Position numbers and translations under genes: made by a program. The notes under the pieces were generated by a model, which saw only the letters and a program-made list of their open reading frames with translations, ran no database searches and was not told where the DNA came from. 64,000 nt of DNA from Hyalangium minutum (lineage in GTDB: Bacteria > Myxococcota > Myxococcia > Myxococcales > Myxococcaceae): assembly GCF_000737315.1 (NCBI RefSeq), contig NZ_JMCB01000006.1, positions 496,001-560,000 of the forward strand, written 5' to 3'. Positions 58,053-64,000 of this stretch are shown here, piece by piece (within the stretch, counting starts at the first letter, position 1; every line of letters begins with the position of its first letter).

Positions 58053-59135
58053 ATGAATCGCCATGTCCGTTCCGCCCTCCTCCTGGGCGCCAGCCTGCTG
58101 GGAGCCGGCTGTGAGCAGTCCACCAACCCGGGGACCTCTTCCTTCGTCCCCGAGATCCAGTACGTGTCGCCCGAGAGCGTCACCCTCACCACCCGCGTCT
58201 CCGGGGTGGCGTGGGATCCCGAGGCGTTCTTCATGAGCCTGGCCACGTGCGGCCCCACCTGCCCCATTCCGCCCTTCATTTCCGAGGGCATGCCGCTGTA
58301 TCAGCGCTCGGCGATCCGCGGCGGCTCCGTCTCCGCGCTGGACCCCACCAACGGGGCGACGGTGGGTGACCCGTCCAGCACGGACGGGGTGGGCATCTGG
58401 GTGCTCCCCAAGGTGCCCAGCCGCAACACCGCGCCTTACTTCATCGTCTCGGCGAGCCAGGGCGCGCTTCCCACCGAGCAGATCGGCCCGCCGCTGCCGG
58501 CCATTCCCCCCACCCAGTACCTGAAGACGCTCACGCTGCGCCCCATCAAGACGGTGAGCGGCTCGTGCGTCTCCATGGAGGCGGTGCACGTGGGCTCCAC
58601 GGGCGTGCTGCAGGCGGTCGCCAAGCAGCTGTCGTCCCAGGGCAAGCCCACCGTCGTCTCGGATCTGCTGGACCCCACCCAGTACCACTCGGTGACCGTG
58701 GTCGGCATGTTCCACGCGGGCAACGCGGCGCTCCGGGCCCCCGCGGCGGGGACCGGCTTGTCCGCCACCTCGACGACGGGCAGCGGCGCGCCGGTCTCCT
58801 ACCCGGTGTACCACATCGACTGGGCGCCGCCGGGGACGCCCCCGAGCAACCTGCGCTCGGATCGCGGCTTCATCGTCTCCGCGACAGACAAGTCGCCGGT
58901 GGGCTTCGCCGTGGTGCTCGTCCCCGCGACCCTGCCGCGTCCGGCGGCGATCACCTACACGGTGACCGACCCGGTGGAGGACGCCGTGGCGCGCCGGCCC
59001 TGGGTTTACATGCCCATCACGGCCCCGCCTACGCCGGGGATTGTCACCTTCCTGGGCATCCAGATGGGCTACCAGCCGCCGTCCATCCCGCTGTTCCAGT
59101 TGCCTCCGCCGCCGGGCGCCTGCGTCCCGCTGTAG
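58053..59135 (+). CDS. Hypothetical Pro-rich, beta-rich lipoprotein
   Basis: Lipobox LGAGC; co-oriented 14 nt after the multiheme gene. Confidence 0.75.
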   Translation: MNRHVRSALLLGASLLGAGCEQSTNPGTSSFVPEIQYVSPESVTLTTRVSGVAWDPEAFFMSLATCGPTCPIPPFISEGMPLYQRSAIRGGSVSALDPTNGATVGDPSSTDGVGIWVLPKVPSRNTAPYFIVSASQGALPTEQIGPPLPAIPPTQYLKTLTLRPIKTVSGSCVSMEAVHVGSTGVLQAVAKQLSSQGKPTVVSDLLDPTQYHSVTVVGMFHAGNAALRAPAAGTGLSATSTTGSGAPVSYPVYHIDWAPPGTPPSNLRSDRGFIVSATDKSPVGFAVVLVPATLPRPAAITYTVTDPVEDAVARRPWVYMPITAPPTPGIVTFLGIQMGYQPPSIPLFQLPPPPGACVPL

Positions 59136-59189
59136 TCAGCGGCCTCCCAGGGGGAGGGGCTCCCTCCCCCTCCCCTCACCCCAGGGCCC

Positions 59190-60356
59190 ATGGACATGGC
59201 TTCCCACTTCGATGAGCCGCTGGCGCGCGGCACCAGTGACAGCTTCAAGTGGCGCAAGTACCCGGCGGACGTCCTGCCCATGTGGGTGGCGGACATGGAC
59301 TTCCGCTCGCCCGAGCCGGTCCTCCAAGCCCTGCATGAGCGCATCTCGCATGGGGTCTTCGGCTATCCGCTGGAGCCCCTGCCCGAGCTCATCGAGAGCG
59401 TCACCGGCTATCTGCTCGAGCACCACGGCTGGCGGGTGCCGCCCGAGGCCATTGTCCTGCTGCCCGGCCTCATCCCCGGCTTCAACGTCGCCTGCCGGGC
59501 CGTCGCGCAGCCGGGAGACGGCGTCCTGCTCCACGTCCCCGCCTACCCGCCGCTGCTGCAGTGTCCGCTGAACATGGGGCTGCGCCGGGACGAGGTGCGG
59601 ATGGTGCGCGGCGCCAGCGGCCAGTACGAGGTGGACTGGGACTCCTTCCAGCAGGCGCTGCATCCCCGCTCGCGGGTGATGTTGCTGTGCAACCCCCACA
59701 ACCCCCTGGGGCGCGTGTTCACGCGGGAGGAGCTCACCCGCATGGCGGAGGCCTGCCTGCGCCAGGAGCTGATCATCGTCTCGGACGAGATTCACTGTGA
59801 CTTGGTGTTCCGAGGCCACCGGCACACGTGCATGGCCATGCTCAGCCCGGAGGTGGAGGCGCGCACCATCACCCTCATGTCCCCGAGCAAGACGTTCAAT
59901 TTGGCGGGGCTGAAGATGGCGTTCGCAGTCATTCCGGACGCACAGCTGCGCCAGCGCTTCCTTGCGGCGAGGGCGGACATGCTGCCCTCGCCCAACATCC
60001 TCGGAGGGGTGGCGATGCAGGCCGCCTACCGCCAAGGCCAGCCGTGGCTGCGCGAGCTGCGGGAGTACCTGGAGGCCCAGCGCGGCTTCCTGGTGGACTT
60101 CGTGAGCCGGCACCTGCCCGGAGTCCGCATGGTGGCCCCCGAGGGGACCTACCTGGCCTGGCTGGACTGCCGCGAGGCGGGGCTCCCCGGCAACGCCACC
60201 ACCTTCTTCCTGGAGCAGGCGCGGGTGGCGCTCAGCCCTGGAGAGAGCTTTGGCCCGGGCGGCGAGGGCTGCGTCCGGCTCAACTTCGGCTGCACGCGGG
60301 CGCACCTGAGCGAGGGCCTGGAGCGCATGCGCCAGGCGATGGCGCGCATGCGCTGA
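59190..60356 (+). CDS. PLP-dependent C-S lyase, MalY/PatB family
   Basis: PMWVADMDF, CNPHNPLG, SDEIH and the PLP lysine in SPSKTFNLAG. Confidence 0.93.
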   Translation: MDMASHFDEPLARGTSDSFKWRKYPADVLPMWVADMDFRSPEPVLQALHERISHGVFGYPLEPLPELIESVTGYLLEHHGWRVPPEAIVLLPGLIPGFNVACRAVAQPGDGVLLHVPAYPPLLQCPLNMGLRRDEVRMVRGASGQYEVDWDSFQQALHPRSRVMLLCNPHNPLGRVFTREELTRMAEACLRQELIIVSDEIHCDLVFRGHRHTCMAMLSPEVEARTITLMSPSKTFNLAGLKMAFAVIPDAQLRQRFLAARADMLPSPNILGGVAMQAAYRQGQPWLRELREYLEAQRGFLVDFVSRHLPGVRMVAPEGTYLAWLDCREAGLPGNATTFFLEQARVALSPGESFGPGGEGCVRLNFGCTRAHLSEGLERMRQAMARMR

Positions 60357-60368
60357 ACCGGGTGCGCC

Positions 60369-61034
60369 TCAGCGGCCCGCCTTGGGCGTCAGCAGCCAGG
60401 CGCTCTTGGCCGTTGAAATCCGCTGCGTGGGCGGCCCTACCACCTCCTCGCCCTGTCCCACCTGCTCGAGCTGGAACCGCTCCCCCCAGAGGCGGTGGAC
60501 CTCTTCGGAAGGAATGGAGAAGGGTGGGCCCGGGAAGGTGTTCGATTGGTAGGCCACGGTGAGCAACAGGCCGCTCGTGCTGGGGGCCAGCATCTCGCGC
60601 TGGAAGTGCTCGGCGTAGCGCTCGCGCATCGCCGGCGGCAGCGCGATCAACGACGCCCGGTCATAGAAAGCAGCCAGGGGCCCCGTCTGCCGGGCGCTCA
60701 ACTGGAAGAAGTCCCCCTCGTAGAGGGTGATGGGCTGGTGCTTGGCGCGATGGACGCGGAAGGGGCCCTCGGTGACCGGCGTGGCGGCCTCGATGCGGTT
60801 CTCGGAGAAGAAGGCCTCACAGGCGATCGGGCTGAGCTCGACCCCCACCACCTGGTAGCCCTGAGACACCAGCCACAGCATATCCAGCGACTTGCCGCAC
60901 AGGGGCACGAAGACCGTCGCGCCCCGGGCGAGCCCGAGCCGCTCAAAGTGCGCGCCGAGGAACTTCTCGACCTCGGGTTGGTGGAAGGCGATCTGCCCCT
61001 GCTGCCAGCGCTCGTGCCAGAACTGACTCTCCAT
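60369..61034 (-). CDS. Thiopurine/thiol S-methyltransferase (TPMT family)
   Basis: FWHERWQQGQIAFHQ, FVPLCGKSLDM, GVELS, YDRASLIALP and GPPFS. True start MESQF at 61034. Confidence 0.92.
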   Translation of the reverse strand: MESQFWHERWQQGQIAFHQPEVEKFLGAHFERLGLARGATVFVPLCGKSLDMLWLVSQGYQVVGVELSPIACEAFFSENRIEAATPVTEGPFRVHRAKHQPITLYEGDFFQLSARQTGPLAAFYDRASLIALPPAMRERYAEHFQREMLAPSTSGLLLTVAYQSNTFPGPPFSIPSEEVHRLWGERFQLEQVGQGEEVVGPPTQRISTAKSAWLLTPKAGR

Positions 61035-61069
61035 GCCGTCGTGTCTCCCGTGCCGCCGCGCCTGGCGCC

Positions 61070-62263
61070 TCAGCGAATAAGGTAGCTGTGCGTCTCGTCG
61101 CGGTGCTTCTTGAGGTAGTGCGTGAAGGGGGTACCGCCCGTGCCTTGATCGTGAGAGCCACCCTGGGCGGTGGCATGCTCGCGGGCGGGCTGAATGATGT
61201 AGCGGGCCGTCATCTCCATGTGCTTCTGGCGGAAGCTGCCCAGCAGCTCCAGGCAGCCATTGTAGGCCTCCACGAGCTCGGGCGGGCGGCGCGCGAGCAG
61301 GTAGTCCCGGACCGAGGGCCCGCGCTCCACGGACTCGAGGAAGGCCAGATGCGCGGGGGGCATGTAGCGGCGCAGCTCCAGCAGGTACTGGTGCATCGTG
61401 TCCTGCGAGTGCCTCACCCCCAGCACCGCGTCGAGCAGCGGCAGCAGCACGCTCTGCGCGGCGCTGGCTCCCGCGAACGGCTGCGGCTGATCCCCGAACT
61501 CCTGGACGCCCTCGTACCGCACCGGCAGCTGGAGGAAGCCGTGGAGGAAGGGTTGGATGCGGCTGAAGAAGATGGAGGGCTCGCACCGCTCCGTCATGCG
61601 CATCAGCACGCGCTCCACCTCCTGCTGGGCGCTGGCGATGCGCCGCAGCTGCTGCAGCAGCTGCTCGGGCCTGTCCGCCACCACCGCCTCCTGAGCGGCG
61701 GCCGCGGCTGGAACCAAGGGCGCGCCCCGGGCCTCGAGCTCCACGTGCACGAGGATGAACCAGGACTCGTCCAGCCCGCCCAGGAAAGCCTGCTGCAGCA
61801 GCAGGTTGCCCAGGGCAATGGGGCCCTCGGCATCCACCCGCCTCCAGTTGTTCAGCGCGTGCGAGCTGTAGGAGAGCACCGGTGGACGCCCCAGCCGCCG
61901 GGCCACCTGCACCCAGGGTACCGCCACGCTGCGGGGGAAGCTCAGCTGCGGCTGTTGCCGCCCCTTCTCCCAGACGGCCGCGTGCCCGAAGAAGGACAGC
62001 AGCATCATGGCCCGCTCCAGGTGGCGCGGCTCCTGGAGCAACCCCACCTCCAACACGGGCAGCTGCTCCATGCGCTCACGGGCCCTGCCGGCGGCCAGCA
62101 GCCCCGGGAGCTCCCGGCCCAGCTCATCCCACGGCGCGAAGGCCGTGGGCAGCCTCAGGCACGGGTCCTCCTCGGGAAGAAAGCCCCGCTGGAGGTGAGC
62201 GGACGAAGCGGCGGCGAAGCCCTCCGCTCCCACCGCCTGCGCCTCGTTCATGCGTGTCTCCAC
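61070..62263 (-). CDS. Indoleamine 2,3-dioxygenase-family heme enzyme
   Basis: GASAAQS (compare IDO GGSAGQS), FRQKHM...YI (Arg plus proximal His) and the C-terminal GTGGT loop. Start at 62263 or 62251. Confidence 0.92.
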   Translation of the reverse strand: METRMNEAQAVGAEGFAAASSAHLQRGFLPEEDPCLRLPTAFAPWDELGRELPGLLAAGRARERMEQLPVLEVGLLQEPRHLERAMMLLSFFGHAAVWEKGRQQPQLSFPRSVAVPWVQVARRLGRPPVLSYSSHALNNWRRVDAEGPIALGNLLLQQAFLGGLDESWFILVHVELEARGAPLVPAAAAAQEAVVADRPEQLLQQLRRIASAQQEVERVLMRMTERCEPSIFFSRIQPFLHGFLQLPVRYEGVQEFGDQPQPFAGASAAQSVLLPLLDAVLGVRHSQDTMHQYLLELRRYMPPAHLAFLESVERGPSVRDYLLARRPPELVEAYNGCLELLGSFRQKHMEMTARYIIQPAREHATAQGGSHDQGTGGTPFTHYLKKHRDETHSYLIR

Positions 62264-62327
62264 GGTGTACTCCCTCGGGGCACCTTGGCGGGCTTGCGCC
62301 CCGGTGCCCAGCCCAGCTCATCCCCTG

Positions 62328-63152
62328 TCACGGCTGCTGAAAACGGCCCAGTGTCTCCTGCAGCCTGCGCACTTCCTCAGGCGCCAGTCGACAGTGTCTG
62401 CGCTCGATGAAGCTCTTGAGCTCGTTACATCCGTCCTGCCCGAACCGCCGCAGATACGTCTCCAAGAATCCCAGGTCCTCATAGAGAAAGGCCACATCCG
62501 GCCGGACCATGGTGCGAATCACCAGCAGCGGCGGCGAGGAGCGCAGCGGATGCCAGGCCGGGTTGCGCAGGCCCGTCTTCGCGCAGGCCGGGTAGAACTC
62601 GCCCAGCATCAGCCCTTCCTTCACGAAGGCGGGCTTGAGCCGCTCGTGCAGGGCCTTCATGAACTCCGCCTCCTGCTCGCCGGGCATGCCCGTGAAGATC
62701 GTCACGATGGCCTTGAACTGCCCCAGGCTGTGCTCCACCGGCTCCTTCTCCAGGAAGTACCGGCGCATCACGTGAAACGCCTGCTCCACCTCGTCCACGC
62801 GCAGGTGCGGCTGATCCATCACCGTCAGGTGATACAGCCGGCGCTGGATGGATTTCTCGACCCAGGGGCACACCGGCCCCGGCCGCCCCAGCTCCGCGTG
62901 AGGCCGCGTCAGGTAATCACGAGACCAGCGCGCGACCGCCCGGAGATAGCTCATCTCCTCCTCGCTGGCCCCCTCCAGCCGCGAACCTTCCTCCAGGTTC
63001 AGCACATCCAGCGCCTGATACATCGCGGGAAGCGGTAGCGCGGGCGTCTCTTCACCCTGCGCTGTGATCAGGTTGAGCCTTTCGGCTCTCTTGCTGGCTC
63101 CTACCTTGGAAACGCCAGGGATTCTCAGCGAGGGCTCGGAGGGGGGAAGCAT
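62328..63152 (-). CDS. DUF6875-like protein
   Basis: PHAELGRPGPVCPWV, GLMLGEFY and LRSSPPLLVIRTMV..D..FL. SD GAGG precedes the ATG at 63152. Family identified from recall. Confidence 0.7.
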   Translation of the reverse strand: MLPPSEPSLRIPGVSKVGASKRAERLNLITAQGEETPALPLPAMYQALDVLNLEEGSRLEGASEEEMSYLRAVARWSRDYLTRPHAELGRPGPVCPWVEKSIQRRLYHLTVMDQPHLRVDEVEQAFHVMRRYFLEKEPVEHSLGQFKAIVTIFTGMPGEQEAEFMKALHERLKPAFVKEGLMLGEFYPACAKTGLRNPAWHPLRSSPPLLVIRTMVRPDVAFLYEDLGFLETYLRRFGQDGCNELKSFIERRHCRLAPEEVRRLQETLGRFQQP

Positions 63153-63180
63153 CAAAAGCACCTCACAACGATGAGGGGGT

Positions 63181-63207
63181 AAGAAATCAGTGAAAACCTG
63201 ATTTCTT
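63181..63207. promoter_or_regulatory. Perfect 10-bp inverted repeat in a divergent AT-rich promoter region
   Basis: AAGAAATCAG-TGAAAAC-CTGATTTCTT. Confidence 0.7.
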
Positions 63208-63379
63208 CTCGTTGTCTAATTGTCTGGAACAATTTTACTCTCAAAAAAGCCGGTAGAAAAGCGAACAACACGTATCAATTTCGCGGCGGTGGAATGCGCA
63301 CATCCAGCGACTGATACCGACGGGCCAGCGGGGGGTGGCACCTTGGTGGCGCTCGCGAGGCAGGACTACACTGCGTCCC

Positions 63380-64000
63380 ATGCGCGTCCTCTACCTCTCT
63401 CAGATCATGTCGCATGATCATCCGCGCCGCGCCGCGTTGCCGGACGAGCGGAAGATGATCGCTCCTTTGTTTCAGGAGCTGGAAACCCAGGTCCACGTGG
63501 TGGATGCCACCTGCGAGCCCCTGCCGGATCCGCGCGAGTATGCCGGCGTGCTGGTGGGCGGCAGCGCGGGCTCGGCCAATGACACCGAGCCGTGGCGGCT
63601 GCGGCTGCGCGAGTGGATGGGCACCTGGCAGCAGGTGCCGCTGTTGGGTATCTGCGGCGGCCACCAGCTGCTGGCCCACGCGCTGGGCGCGCGCGTGCAG
63701 AAGATGGCCCGGGTGCAGGTAGGAGTGCACCCGCTCCAGCTGCCGGACATCCCCGGGTTCTCGGGCTGGGTGATGCACATGCACAGCGAGCACGTGGTGG
63801 ATGTGCCTCCCGGAGCCACCGTCTGGGCGGAGGACGTGGCGGGAATCCAGGCCCTGCGCTTCCCCGGACACCGGTGGACGGTGCAGTTTCACCCGGAGAT
63901 GCCCGAAGAGGTGGCCTACAGCTCGGGCCGCAGCATGGGCGCCACCGCCGAGAGCTGGCCACAGCGCGAGGTGCGCGCCGCCGTCTCGGATGGCAAGGCC
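63380..64000 (+). CDS. Class I glutamine amidotransferase-like protein (gamma-glutamyl hydrolase type; 3' end outside the window)
   Basis: Not in the ORF track. Manual translation from the ATG at 63380 is open to the window end: MRVLYL...VGGSAGS...LGICGGHQLL (catalytic Cys)...QFHPE (His-Glu). Confidence 0.88.
   Translation, partial: MRVLYLSQIMSHDHPRRAALPDERKMIAPLFQELETQVHVVDATCEPLPDPREYAGVLVGGSAGSANDTEPWRLRLREWMGTWQQVPLLGICGGHQLLAHALGARVQKMARVQVGVHPLQLPDIPGFSGWVMHMHSEHVVDVPPGATVWAEDVAGIQALRFPGHRWTVQFHPEMPEEVAYSSGRSMGATAESWPQREVRAAVSDGKA

Noticed and set aside
59151-59175. G-run/C-run tract before the C-S lyase gene
   Set aside because: It could form a short hairpin, but such tracts are common in high-GC intergenic DNA and there is no U-tail.

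Overview
High-GC chromosomal window from a myxobacterium (Cystobacterineae-like). The assignment rests on popC/popD, many hybrid histidine kinases, lipoprotein-rich gene content and G/C-ending codons. I found no rRNA, tRNA, CRISPR array, transposase or phage gene. Contents in order: (1) MBL-fold lipoprotein (cut by the window edge), PaiB-like gene, stand-alone gyrB, GNAT and a hybrid kinase/receiver pair; (2) a four-gene operon with an HTH-less CarH-type B12-binding protein, a tandem globin/phycobiliprotein-like protein and two hybrid kinases; (3) an XRE regulator and an orphan Cache chemoreceptor; (4) a ~21-kb lipid/ester-scavenging region (secreted hydrolases, two OM barrels, a repeat lipoprotein, MFS, three acyl-CoA ligases, a KAS III with a non-canonical triad, TetR, SDR) linked by six copies of a shared operator-like motif; (5) popC-popD with an extra upstream subtilase; (6) Lgt-like, rhodanese, three kinases, VWA and a membrane partner; (7) a c-type cytochrome/hemerythrin/MtrC-like pentaheme cluster; (8) a compact cluster of PLP C-S lyase, thiol S-methyltransferase, IDO-family dioxygenase, DUF6875-like protein and class I glutamine amidotransferase around a perfect 10-bp inverted repeat. 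The best candidates for undescribed systems are block 8 (possible tryptophan S-methylthiolation pathway), block 2 (split photocobilin-like sensor wired to stressosome-type kinases) and the motif-defined regulon of block 4. Family assignments come from motifs read by eye and from recall, not from database searches. Several start codons were moved from the ORF track to more plausible positions.
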